From positions 377,175 through 441,174 of the forward strand of contig NW_005434599.1 of the NCBI RefSeq assembly GCF_000315625.1: DNA of 64,000 bases. Reading direction: 5' to 3'. Below, piece by piece: positions 12,450 to 23,320 of this stretch. This DNA comes from Guillardia theta CCMP2712. Its lineage: Eukaryota; Protista; Cryptophyta. Under the pieces are notes generated by a model. The model searched no databases and was not told where the DNA came from. It saw only the letters and a program-made list of their open reading frames with translations. Positions within the stretch are counted from its first letter, which is position 1, and the number at the start of each line of letters is the position of its first letter. Made by a program: the position numbers and the translations under genes.

Positions 12450-13478
12450 ATGTCCTTTCCAGACAGTCAAGCCGCCTACAGGCTTCTGGTCAAGTCCATG
12501 TCGCCATGGCCGTTGTTCTCTTCCAACTGGTTCCGCATGTTGGAGGGGATACAGCAGATCACAGACGCAGCTGTGCTAGAGAACAAGAACGTGGATAGGG
12601 ACACACAGGCCAGCACAACGCTGTGGGAGAGGAACGAGCTGATAGTTCGATACATCCTCGAAGAAGGGAAGCTGAACCTTACTCTGAGGCTGCTGGTGGA
12701 TTTCAAGGACCTGCAACGGCAGGAGCAGTTTGCGAACAAGCTCTCGGCAGCGAAGCAGGCGGAGCCCAACGCGAGCTTCGACGACTTGTCGACGATCAAG
12801 ATCAAGGCAGCACTGTTCGAACAAACTCTTGGAGTGCTGATACTCTGCTCCATCACGTCGATCGAAGCCTTGCAGGTCATCGACTTTCCACTCTTCATCG
12901 AGCACATTGCTAAGACGTTGGAATTTGCCCTGATGCACCCTGAGATGGTGCGGTCACCCGATTCCTATAGAAGACAAGAAGTCTTGGCTGTCTCCTACAT
13001 ATTTCACATCCTACAAGCCATGGACCAGCTGCAAGAGGATAGAATAATGGAAGTGATGCAAGAGAAGAAAGTTTTCCCGTCCTTGGTCAGGAACATAGCC
13101 ACCTATCACACCTACTACCAGACGAATGTGAAGAAGCATTCTGTCATGGTAGGCTGTGTTGGACCCCTTCCTGAAATCTCACCTTCCTCCCAGGCGGTCT
13201 CTTCCTTTGTCAACACTGAAGCATTCAAGACGAACCCGAAGGCTTTCCTGCAGGACGATGAGACCAAGTCTCTGATCGTCTCGTTGGAGGAGAGTTTAAT
13301 CAAGGTTCTTGTGAGGGAGGGCGAGCCGAGGCCTGATAGGTGGCAGGAACATTTCTCAGACTACTCGAAGAAGAAGTTGATTCGGGTCCGATGTGCTGTC
13401 GTGCCCGATCGTTGAACTAACGTTGCTCACTCGCAGCCTTTGCTAGACTTCATCTTGCGGAACAAGCCCCCCAAGTGA
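12450..13478 (+). CDS. Conserved-looking alpha-helical protein resembling the ZMYND10 N-terminal domain; no MYND finger; 3 short introns
   Basis: ORF 12408-13415; introns 13149-13193, 13305-13346 and ~13386-13436; motif similarity described in findings. Confidence 0.6.
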
Positions 13479-13691
13479 GGACGGGGGAGACAAGCCATCA
13501 AGCGTGGAGAGCAGGGTGGAAGGAAGAAATGAGAGAAGTGGGGAAGAGATAGAGAGGGAAAGAGGGTGAAGGAAGCGAGGTAGAACAGAATCTCAAGTGT
13601 TATTAATCAAAGTCAAAATGTTCTCGGATCCTTGCCGCCAGGTATATTTCTAGAGATACGATAATTTGAAAGGCGAGGCAAGAGAAGGGAG

Positions 13692-16619
13692 TCATCCAAC
13701 CGGAGAGTCGTTCTTCTTGAGCAGCCCGAAGTTCTTAAGGATCTTGATCTGGTGTGCTCGCTTCGTTACGTTGAGATCATCCCAGAGCTGGTCAAGTACG
13801 TCAAGCATGCTTCCGTCGATGCTATTTTCACGGAAAGCTGAGACGTGTTCCTTGAGCTCAATCTGTTCGAGCTTCCGGCAAACGTCATCGACCGTCATGC
13901 TAAAGACTGGAGGCTCTGTCGCTGCGGAAGTCTTGGAGTTTGCAGACGAAGAACTTGACTGAGTTTCCACATCGCTGAGCATCTGCGTCAAAGCCTCCTC
14001 CATTGCTTGTGCATCAGGAAAGCGTTCCTTCTTGTCCTTTTTCAATGCCATGCGAATGAAGTTGTTGCATTTGCTCGAGACGCCTTCGATCAGAGGAGGC
14101 GTGAGGTGGAGGATGTTCAAGCCAAGATTAGAGTGTTCTTCGCGTGTCAGGCAAGCATCTTCGATAGACAGTTCTCCTTCGTTGCTTGTCTGCCCTTTCA
14201 GATTTACAAACGGATGATTTCCTGAGAGCATCTTGTAAAAGATGACGCCAAGACTCCATACATCTGTCCTGATGTCAATGTCCATGGTCACTCCTCGCAC
14301 TTGCTCTGGTGACATGTACAACGGATTTCTCAGCAGATCTCGCGCTTTCGATGTTTCTGGCCTGAGAGGATCATTCTTCTGCATTCCCACATCAATTATC
14401 ACAATTCTATTGTCTTCCGATGATATCATTACGTTCGATGGTTTTAAATCGTAATGTGTTATTCCTCTGTAATGTAAATTTGCCACTCCATGCACAAGCT
14501 GTGATATGAAATTCTTACTATCTTCCCAGGGAAGCGCTTTGTCTTGCATCAAACTTTCTAGAGTAACACCATCTATATATTCCATCACAACTATTAGCTG
14601 GCTGTCAGATATTCCTGCATCCAACACCTTGACAATGTTGCGGTTCTCAACCAGCTGTAATTTCATTAACATTTCCATATCGTGGTCGTTCTCATCTGTA
14701 AATCTTGAGTTACACAATTTGATTGCGACAGTCTCATTGCGCTTATCCCTCCCACGATAGACTTGACTCATCGATCCCACCGCGACTAAAACATCTAGAG
14801 AGTACTTGGTGTCATTCAGGATTATTTGACGGACACTCGATCTAATTGTTGCTATCTTTGTCGGAACACTCCTGCCATACGAACAGTCTGCAGGACACAC
14901 GCCATCAAGAATTCCAGATAAAATATTTAAAATATTTTCGCAAGATTGTTCGAATGTTTTAGGGTCCATCTTCCTGTTTTTCCCTCTATGTAAGAGGAGT
15001 CGGTCACTTTCATTCATCAAGATCATGATATTCTCACGTATGACTGGATCCTGCAGCATTTCTCTGTGTGTAAGGATAGTTCCGAGTGCTGTCACATCCC
15101 ATTTTGTGTAAGATTGTGATAAGATCTTGGTACGTATACTAGATGACTTGACATCACATCGGCTTATTAGATTTCTTGCATTGATATCTTGCCATGAATT
15201 TCCTGTCATGGATTGCCACAGATGAAGAAATGCATCCTGCATGACTTCCGAGCCAAGCTCAGTGATAAGTCTACAGTATTTGCCATAATTCTCTGCATCA
15301 ATTTGTTCTGGTGTTTTTGATTCTTTTCGATTTGCATCTGCATTGATGATGTTATCAAATATGAATGAATTCTGACCAGGCTGTATCGGTGGAACTAGGT
15401 CCAGAGAGAAGGGGCTGCAGATTTCTGCCCATAGAGCAGATTCAAAGTAGGGTGGCCTTCCATTGCTGTCATCGTGAAGATCATCATTACTCTTAGCAGC
15501 AACAGAATGGTCGACTTGTTGTGGAATTACAATCTCTGAAATTTCAGGCTTCTGCTTCTTATTCTTCACCACTCTCTTGGTCCAATCGATTTCAAAAACG
15601 CTTTCACACTTCATAAGTAATTCTAGATAGTAATCAGGTTTGTATTTGGCATCTGCTGTCATGATACTTGATGCAGCTTCTGCAGCGTCCTGGAAGGACA
15701 TATCTTTCTTACCCAATTCTCCTAGTCTGCGCCGAATTTCTTGAATGTAGAGAATATTTGACCTTGGTTTTGCATCTATGATAGAATTTCCATCTTGTAG
15801 AACAAGTTGACGGTTTCTGCACGCTTCCAACGCATTTTCTGCATCTTCAAAATTTACGAAATTCACGAAGGCGTAACCATCCATGAGACGAATTGGCGGC
15901 AGTCCATTGCTTTGCACCAAAGGACCGAATGCACTAAAAGCCTTCTCTAAACTTGATGCATCAGCATCATAAAGATTCATGACGTAAAGAGTAAAGCATA
16001 GCAACGTTTGCTTGATTCCGTCGCATTTGATATAAACAATTGGTACCGGATGATTAGGGTTCTTTTTACGATGTTCTTCTTCAATCCACTTCTCATAATT
16101 ATACTTAGCACGAAGTGCCTCCTCTGAATTACGAAAATTGAAATACACAAGCGGACATCCATAATATCGCGGATCGTTGTCTGTTGCAACAATGTAGAAT
16201 ATTGCCTGCGGGTGAAAATCATTTTTCAGCTTCACACAAATTTCTTCCAATCCATCGTCTTGACGCATCCATTTTAAGCATACTGTTTGGTTAGGTTGAA
16301 AAGGTTGTTGATTATTGTTGTAAGGCTTACTTTTCAAATAAACTATGGGTTTTTCCATACCTCCTGCACCCCAGATCTTTGCATGTTGTACTTCGATCCA
16401 TTCCTCAATTCTCGCACGTGCATTTACAGCTTGTTCATGATCAGCATAATTGAAGAAAACGAGAGCACTTCCCTCATTTTGTGGATCTGAATCCTTGTTT
16501 ATGCACAGTGAGCAGGCTTGTGGCTTGATATTATCGTATATGCTTTGGCAAATCTCCTTCATCTCTTTCACTGGCCTGAGCCATTTGACGCAAACTGTTT
16601 GGTTAGGAGGAAAGAACAT
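13692..16619 (-). CDS. Intronless multidomain protein: RRM-like x3 - putative wHTH - HEPN (DZIP3-like) - Ser/Thr kinase - SAM
   Basis: First ATG at 16619; RNP motifs LYVMNL and GYAFVNF; kinase VAIK, HYDLKPSN, IIDVG, YMSPEQ, DVWSLG; SAM TVDDVCRKLEQIELKEHVSAFRENSIDGSML. Confidence 0.85.
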   Translation of the reverse strand: MFFPPNQTVCVKWLRPVKEMKEICQSIYDNIKPQACSLCINKDSDPQNEGSALVFFNYADHEQAVNARARIEEWIEVQHAKIWGAGGMEKPIVYLKSKPYNNNQQPFQPNQTVCLKWMRQDDGLEEICVKLKNDFHPQAIFYIVATDNDPRYYGCPLVYFNFRNSEEALRAKYNYEKWIEEEHRKKNPNHPVPIVYIKCDGIKQTLLCFTLYVMNLYDADASSLEKAFSAFGPLVQSNGLPPIRLMDGYAFVNFVNFEDAENALEACRNRQLVLQDGNSIIDAKPRSNILYIQEIRRRLGELGKKDMSFQDAAEAASSIMTADAKYKPDYYLELLMKCESVFEIDWTKRVVKNKKQKPEISEIVIPQQVDHSVAAKSNDDLHDDSNGRPPYFESALWAEICSPFSLDLVPPIQPGQNSFIFDNIINADANRKESKTPEQIDAENYGKYCRLITELGSEVMQDAFLHLWQSMTGNSWQDINARNLISRCDVKSSSIRTKILSQSYTKWDVTALGTILTHREMLQDPVIRENIMILMNESDRLLLHRGKNRKMDPKTFEQSCENILNILSGILDGVCPADCSYGRSVPTKIATIRSSVRQIILNDTKYSLDVLVAVGSMSQVYRGRDKRNETVAIKLCNSRFTDENDHDMEMLMKLQLVENRNIVKVLDAGISDSQLIVVMEYIDGVTLESLMQDKALPWEDSKNFISQLVHGVANLHYRGITHYDLKPSNVMISSEDNRIVIIDVGMQKNDPLRPETSKARDLLRNPLYMSPEQVRGVTMDIDIRTDVWSLGVIFYKMLSGNHPFVNLKGQTSNEGELSIEDACLTREEHSNLGLNILHLTPPLIEGVSSKCNNFIRMALKKDKKERFPDAQAMEEALTQMLSDVETQSSSSSANSKTSAATEPPVFSMTVDDVCRKLEQIELKEHVSAFRENSIDGSMLDVLDQLWDDLNVTKRAHQIKILKNFGLLKKNDSPVG

Positions 16620-17049
16620 TCTCGTTGAGTAGGATGCGAGAAAGAAGATGAATCTTCGGCTCGCAACTGCGGAAAAGGAGTAGAAAGCTGTTCCTCGAAA
16701 GGCTTCACAGATATAGAGCAAGTTGATATCAAAGTTGCTGTTGATTCGATGGGATTACGAATTCAGTGATCTGCAACTTAAAGAATTGAGCAACGACTGA
16801 TGGTTTCGTTGTCTTTTTCCTTGTTCCTTCATCACCTTTGCTCTTACTTAGTCTCTGTCACCGTCCACGCTAGAACCCTAATATTTATCTGTCGCCTGGC
16901 CTTTCGCTCTACCTCCTTTCTTCTTGCCTACCACCGAGCGCAAGCAAGATGTCACCCTCAAGTCCTCCCCGCTGTCTTCCCTGCCTCTCCTGTCCACTTC
17001 TTGTCCCTCTTTGTGTTCTTTTTTTGTGTTTTTTTTTCCTCTTTGTTTC

Positions 17050-17800
17050 TAGCCGCCAACCCAGTCCTCTACCCCACCTCTGTACCGCTACCCTTACCTG
17101 GACCCACCCAGGGGCTATGGTACCCCTACCATCAATGTGACCAATGCAATAGGCAACTTGCAAGGATCATCCTTTGATGCCCTTTACTATCTAAATATTC
17201 CAATAAGATCATTATGTTATAAAAGGTATCCATATGGCCTTTGTAAACAACATCCCCCACCCCCACCATATATGAATGCCCACCCCACGATTCATACTAC
17301 CCTTTAGCCGCTTGATTTCCCATTTCTTTTGTACCATCTACCCCCTACCCACACTGACCCAGTACCCCCTCCTCTTCCTATCCTCTTCCCTTCTCCTAGT
17401 AGGACTTTAGAGCCCTTGAACTACCCCACCCTTTTGTTGCACGACTTAGGGAATAGCACCCCACCCTGAACTACCCTACCTAAGTATACCATTGTTCATG
17501 CCATTGCTCGTGCCTCTACCCACCCAACCAACCATACATGTCAAGGTTACTTCACTACCCCATTTAGAAGCCAATACTACCCACCTTCTGGTAAGTTGCA
17601 GCAGATATACTACCCAAAATAATGGATTATAGTACCCCACCCCGCTGTTCATGAAGTACCCACCCCACTTCATATCACGGATTCAAAACTTGGTAGCCCC
17701 CTGGCTACCCTACTCGAAGGCTTCGGCGAACTAAATCGAGTGCTCGCCGACCGGGCCGGGGCCGTGGGCTCAGTTTGTCCGGATCCGGCCGGGCCGCTAC
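17050..17800. promoter_or_regulatory. Divergent promoter region: TACCC-rich block, CAAAACTT (17684-17691), CCGG/GGCC block
   Basis: Motif clustering between divergently oriented genes; the same layout recurs elsewhere in the window. Confidence 0.45.
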
Positions 17801-17853
17801 TTATGCTTCCCTGACTGAAAAGCGATTATGAGCCTCTTCAGCGTGTGTCCGTC

Positions 17854-19012
17854 ATGGTGTGGATAGAGGCACTGGCGGGCGTAGCGTTCGCATCGTTCAT
17901 CATCCCCTTCCTCCTTGCTGCCTTCGTGTGGAAGAGACAGGACCTCAAGGTAGAGCTGCGTCCATGCGCTCTCCCACTCAAGGAGCTGCTGATTCTCATT
18001 CTTCTTTACACCGGTGTTGACCTGAACTTTGCAGAAGAAGTACGATTGCGAGTGGGCGCTGGTCACGGGTGCATCGAGTGGTATTGGGAAGGTTCTCACG
18101 GAGAAACTTTGTCAACAGGTCTATGCCTGCCAGTCTGTTTGTGATTACCCGCTCACTGGACTCATCTTCAGGGAATCAATGTCGTCATGGTAGCCTTGGA
18201 CGATTCTTTGCTCGGTGAGAGCTACGAAGAATTGAAGAAGAGGTGTTTTCTTTTACCATGTTGCTGTACACCATCTGATGTTAACTTCGAAAGGTATCCG
18301 GATGTTCAGATCCGAAAAGTTGGGGCAGATCTTAGTCGTGAAGGATACATGGAGAAAATTAAGGACTCGACGAAGGACATATCCATTACTTGTGTGTTCA
18401 ACAATGCAGGATACATTACCACGGGGATGTTCGCTGATGTTCCAATAGAGAAGCATCTGCTCAACCTTCATTGCAACTCCACATGCGCCGTTCAGATCAC
18501 GCATCACTTCCTGAACAAGATGCTCGACTCTGGCAAGAAAGGGCTGGTCTGCTTCACGTCCTCTCCAGCGGGGTGCATGCCAAGTCCGTTTGCCGCCATC
18601 TATGGATCGTCCAAAGCATTCCTGACAGAGTTCGCAACGTCCTTGGCTCCCGAAGTGAAGTACAACGGCGTCGATGTCCTTGTTGTGCATCCCTCTCCGG
18701 TGGCCTCCAACTTCTACAACTCAGTACACAAGATTTCCTCCATTGCTTTCTTCCAGAAGACTGTCCGGGGCCCAGAGAACATCGTCGAATACATGTTTGC
18801 AGGAGCTGGAAGGACTGTGATTGTGGAAGAGGTATATTGAGTGGAAAGTGCTCTGGTTGTAACTCAGTTCTCAGGGGTATTTCTGCTTCTTCGTGAGAGG
18901 AGTGCTCTTGAAGCTGATTGACGTGGCCTTCCTGACCAACATCATCACTCGCTGCATCCATCTCAACGCTGATTACAAGAAAGTGACTGTCCAGAGGAAG
19001 AAATCCAATTGA
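17854..19012 (+). CDS. Membrane-anchored short-chain dehydrogenase/reductase (17beta-HSD12 / very-long-chain 3-oxoacyl-CoA reductase-like), multi-exon
   Basis: N-terminal TM; WALVTGASSGIG Rossmann motif; NNAG; YGSSK; C-terminal KKSN (KKxx ER retrieval signal). Confidence 0.85.
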
Positions 19013-19136
19013 GCAATGTGGACAGCATATGCTGTAAGTTTCCGACTTGGTTTTAAGAATAGGTTAAATGTTTCATTGAACAAAGCATTAAAAAAGAAAG
19101 GGGTATTTACACAGACATCGATTGAAAGAGCATAGG

Positions 19137-20321
19137 TCATGGAACAAGTGATACAGGAATCTCTGATGCTGCATGTGATTGTTGACCTTTCTTCAGCAGC
19201 TGAAGGTACGGCTCCATTGGGGTGTTAACATAAGGCAGGTGAACTCCGTCCCTCTCTGTCCTCTTGTTGAGAGGAGGAAGCTTACCTGCGTCTAAGCTTA
19301 TGCGCGTGAGATATTTGGGCTTGCCTGGCATGGGATTCTTTTCTCTTGCTTCCTCGGGGCTGAGAATTGAAAAGATGGCCACAGGAATACTGCGCACCTT
19401 GGTAGAATTAAACATTTCCTTGGAGGGGAGGGAGTGACTGTTTGCTGCGGTGATCTCCGACAGCTTCTTCATCTTTGTATCATGGCTGTATGGTGAGACC
19501 GACCTTCTCCCTCTGCCCAGTCCGGAACTTGATCGCTGAGGGACTTCAGCATCCGATCTCACTTTATGCATCCTCCCCACGAGGACCGGCTCTGTCGATC
19601 TCGAACGTTGTTTCAGAAGCGTCTTCTTCCTCTCGTGAGGGCTTCCACTTAGCTGCATCAGCTTGCTGCCGGCAAAGTTCCCCTTCTTGAGGTAGTTGAT
19701 GTCGTTCTGAATCATGATCAGCGCCTGGTCCATCCTATCTGGCATGTTTGCGAATGGCAATTTAGAGCGCGCGAGCCGCTTGCAGGGAGTTTGATGCAGA
19801 GCCTTCCTCTGCGGGAGGGGATTGAATCCTCCCATGGCCGGATCATCCATCCATGGCCGAACCGTCATGGTGGGCTGCTGAGCGAGCTGGGGTTCGGCAT
19901 AGCCCATGTCGAAGCTGCTCTCTGGGGACAAGGAGCTGCGTGACCTCAAGGACAGCTCCTCGAGTGAACCGGTCTCATCGACCGAGTAGAGAGGAATGTC
20001 ACTCTTGCGGATATGGTATGGAGCCTTCCTTTCCTTTCCACCGTTCCCATTCGCCCTTCTCGACGACCTTTTACTTGCGTTCTTGTCAACGGCTGCGGCA
20101 TCAACCTGGTTCTGGGCATCGTGGTCTTCTTCGATTGCTGTGTCCATTCCTTCCACTGAGCTCTCTTCTTGCATCACGATGTCCTTCTCTTGCACCTCAT
20201 CAAAGCTTGCATCACTGCTATCATGGGGCTCTTGGCCTCTCAACTGACTGTCGTCATCCACATCAATGTCATCCCTCTCCTCCTCCCCATCGTGTTGACG
20301 TTGCAAGTTTTCTGCCTGCAT
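19137..20321 (-). CDS. Hypothetical disordered protein (394-aa ORF; start uncertain)
   Basis: Long ORF, acidic N-terminus, basic C-terminus. Confidence 0.6.
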   Translation of the reverse strand: MQAENLQRQHDGEEERDDIDVDDDSQLRGQEPHDSSDASFDEVQEKDIVMQEESSVEGMDTAIEEDHDAQNQVDAAAVDKNASKRSSRRANGNGGKERKAPYHIRKSDIPLYSVDETGSLEELSLRSRSSLSPESSFDMGYAEPQLAQQPTMTVRPWMDDPAMGGFNPLPQRKALHQTPCKRLARSKLPFANMPDRMDQALIMIQNDINYLKKGNFAGSKLMQLSGSPHERKKTLLKQRSRSTEPVLVGRMHKVRSDAEVPQRSSSGLGRGRRSVSPYSHDTKMKKLSEITAANSHSLPSKEMFNSTKVRSIPVAIFSILSPEEAREKNPMPGKPKYLTRISLDAGKLPPLNKRTERDGVHLPYVNTPMEPYLQLLKKGQQSHAASEIPVSLVP

Positions 20322-20627
20322 AGCTGTCCTTCACTTATTCACTTCTTGTCGGCCCCATTGCTTGTTCCTTCCCGGTCTTTATCCTCTTCGCCATGCCCAC
20401 TACTCGTTGCTTCCTCCTCCCTGCATACCGTACTGGTCGGTCCAAAGCTAAACGCCCCTACACTCCCCTGAGTCACTACCCCTGCCCAAAGAGACCCCCT
20501 AGTATGAGCTTCAAACTACCCCCATAATCACATGCCCGTAGAGCGAGGTATTACCCCTACCCCCATCATGAAGGCACAAACAATCATCAGTTAACTTCGT
20601 GCCATGAAAGACAGCACTCACATATGA

Positions 20628-20789
<162 letters not shown>

Positions 20790-21021
20790 TAACTGTTCCC
20801 TCCTCTCCTCTGCTTTGGCTGCTCCTCTGTCTGTCTGCTCTATGTTTCTGCTCGCTTGTTGTAGGCTCACAATCATTCTCTCTCCCAAATGAGCCCGGAA
20901 GATTCACTTGCATCTCCGTCCCATGTCGTTCCTATATCTCCCTCCCTCTCTCCCATATCCGTTCTGGGTGACGTTTCTGTCTTCATATATCTACATGGAG
21001 TGATAGTATTACATTCCCACG

Positions 21022-23320
21022 TCATCGCTGCTGGAAGATCTTGAGGAAGCTCCTCAAGGTCATGACGAACCTTCGCACCTCATGCCAGTCATATGACCTG
21101 ACCGAGCTAGTCACAACCACCTCCTCTCACACTTCCGCCTCCTCTCCCTCCCCCTCCCTCCCCCTCTCATAACCTCCTTCGGCCCCTCCTTTCCCCTCCC
21201 TCCTCCTCTCATTCACCGCAAAAAGTGTGCAACACGCGCGAAGGTCCTGACGAGGCCGCGCAACACTTGTCCAGCCTGCTTTGAGACTTCGCTCTTGAGG
21301 AAACTCGTCCACACTGACAGCAGAATAGCCACGCTCTGCTGACCGCTGCTCTCCTCATCGTGTCCCTTCTCCTCCCCATACACAGAGGATGATGAGGCAT
21401 CTGCGGTCCTGAGGTTGAACGTGCCCTCGGCTCCGTTCTCTCTCAGTTTCAAGCGCTCTTCTCGCAACGCAATCTTTGGCGGGAAAGGTTGCTGAGGACT
21501 TTCCGGCCCCTCGAGAGAGATCGGCTTCAACGGCTGCTCCGCGTCTGCACGCTGCCCCTGCTGCTGCGCCGACGATGCTCGAGAAGATTCGACACTGACA
21601 ACTTCCAACCCTCCGCACGTAGACGACGTCCTGACGTCCTCTGATCCATCAGGCAGAGAAACGGAAGCTCGACACTCTTGAGCAGGCGTAGCCTCGATCT
21701 GGTTTTGCCATCTAGGGCACTTTCCTCCGACCTCGTCCTCCTTCTTGTACTCAAACTTGGTCGCAGGCACAGGGTGTGAGAGAGTGGCCAGAGCAGGCTC
21801 GTCGAGCCCGAGTTTCCGCACGAGCATCTGCAAGGTTGACTCCAAGGTCTTGGACATGGTAGAGAGACCGGCCGCGGTTCCTTGCAGTTGATCTTTCACT
21901 TCATTGAGCTGCCTGGAGACCTGGAAGAAGTCTTAGAGCCAGCAACAACGCCGTCACTCAGATCACCTCGATTGCCTCAAGCTTTCCCTCCAAGCTCTCG
22001 ACTTGCAGTCTTGACATTCTGATGCAACGAGTCAAACGACGTGAGACAGCAGCTACGGAGGAGCTCACTGGATCTCCTGCTCGAGGCTCTTGATCATGCG
22101 GTATTGCTCCATCTGGTTTTCAGTCTTCCGCTTCAGCGTCTCCATCCACATCTCATCTGATTTCTTCATCTTGGCCTCCATATTCTCGATCATTCCTTTC
22201 AGCTCATCCACCTCACTGATCGTGTCCGCACACGCTCGGATCACAGCGCCCTTCATACTTCTCGCCTGTTTCGATCGCGCCGACGTCTGCACCGCTTGAC
22301 GTCCCACGTTTCCTCGTGTGCCCGCGTCTTGTCGTGCTGGATGCGAGTAGCTCGATGATGGACCATCAGCCCCAGCAGCAGCAGGAGCAGCGTCGATGAG
22401 CAGCTGGGCTGCTTTCTTCTTGCCCCACATCTTGGCAATAGACATAGCGCTCTGCCCAGCATTGTTTTCCGCCTGTTCACACAAGTCAGAATCATCAGGT
22501 TATAGTCGACGAGGCATCGGCAGGATACCTTGGCATCTGCTCCAGCTTCAAGTAGGAACTTCACCATCTCCGTGTCGCCCAGAGCAACAGCTTTCATCAG
22601 CGCCGTCCAGCCGTGCATATCCTTCGCGTCCAGCTGCGCTCCCCGAGCCAGGAGCAGGGCGAGAGCTGTGGTGTTGCCGCTGATGGCAGCAAGCATCAGC
22701 GGCGTCTCTCCCATCTCGTTGTGGATGTTCACAGAGGCATGCTCCTTCCGAAGCTCCTCCGTCAGCAACGACGGGTTGCCGGCGAGGGCAGCGCTCATGA
22801 GGTCAGAAGCCGGTCCCTTCAGCTGAGGTTCGACGAGCAGCTTTCCCTGTGCTAGGAGCCCAACCCTGGCATTGGTAAGCATAGAGTTCCATGCTGCACG
22901 CATCTTCTTGTGCCAATCTCGTTCTACTGGTGGCAGAGCACTTCCCTCTCGTGAAGAGCTCATCGCGTCGCTTTGCTCCCTGTGTGTGGTCGTGGCGAGA
23001 GCAGCCAAGTCGTTACCAGATGTCGAGGATCGCTCGAGGAGGCTGACCTTCCTCGTGCTCTCTGATCCTACTCTCCTCATCTTTCTCAGACTCAACTTCA
23101 TTTCTCCTCCCCGAAGCTCCGACGGGAGCTTGAGGAGCCATGAAGGCGGCTGCGTATGATTCCTGACCCCGAGTAGAGGCAGAGGAGAAGACGCTGACGT
23201 TCGAGCCGGTTGCTCGGCCTCGTCCTCCCTGCGAAGAGACTTCACTTGCTGTGCTCCACTGAAGCAGAAGAGGATCGCAGCTGCTGCTGCCATCGCCATC
23301 CCGCCTCCCCTCCCTCGCAT
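21022..23320 (-). CDS. Signal-peptide-bearing ankyrin-repeat / coiled-coil protein, multi-exon
   Basis: GETPLMLAAISG and GWTALMKAVALG ankyrin repeats; hydrophobic N-terminus; downstream coiled-coil exons; 3' end inferred. Confidence 0.75.

Noticed and set aside
13600-17050. Kinase gene as part of a transposon or provirus
   Set aside because: No TIRs, LTRs, TSDs, transposase, integrase or capsid motifs seen in the flanks
17050-17720. TACCC-rich tract as interstitial telomere
   Set aside because: Motifs are dispersed, not tandem, and recur at other promoters
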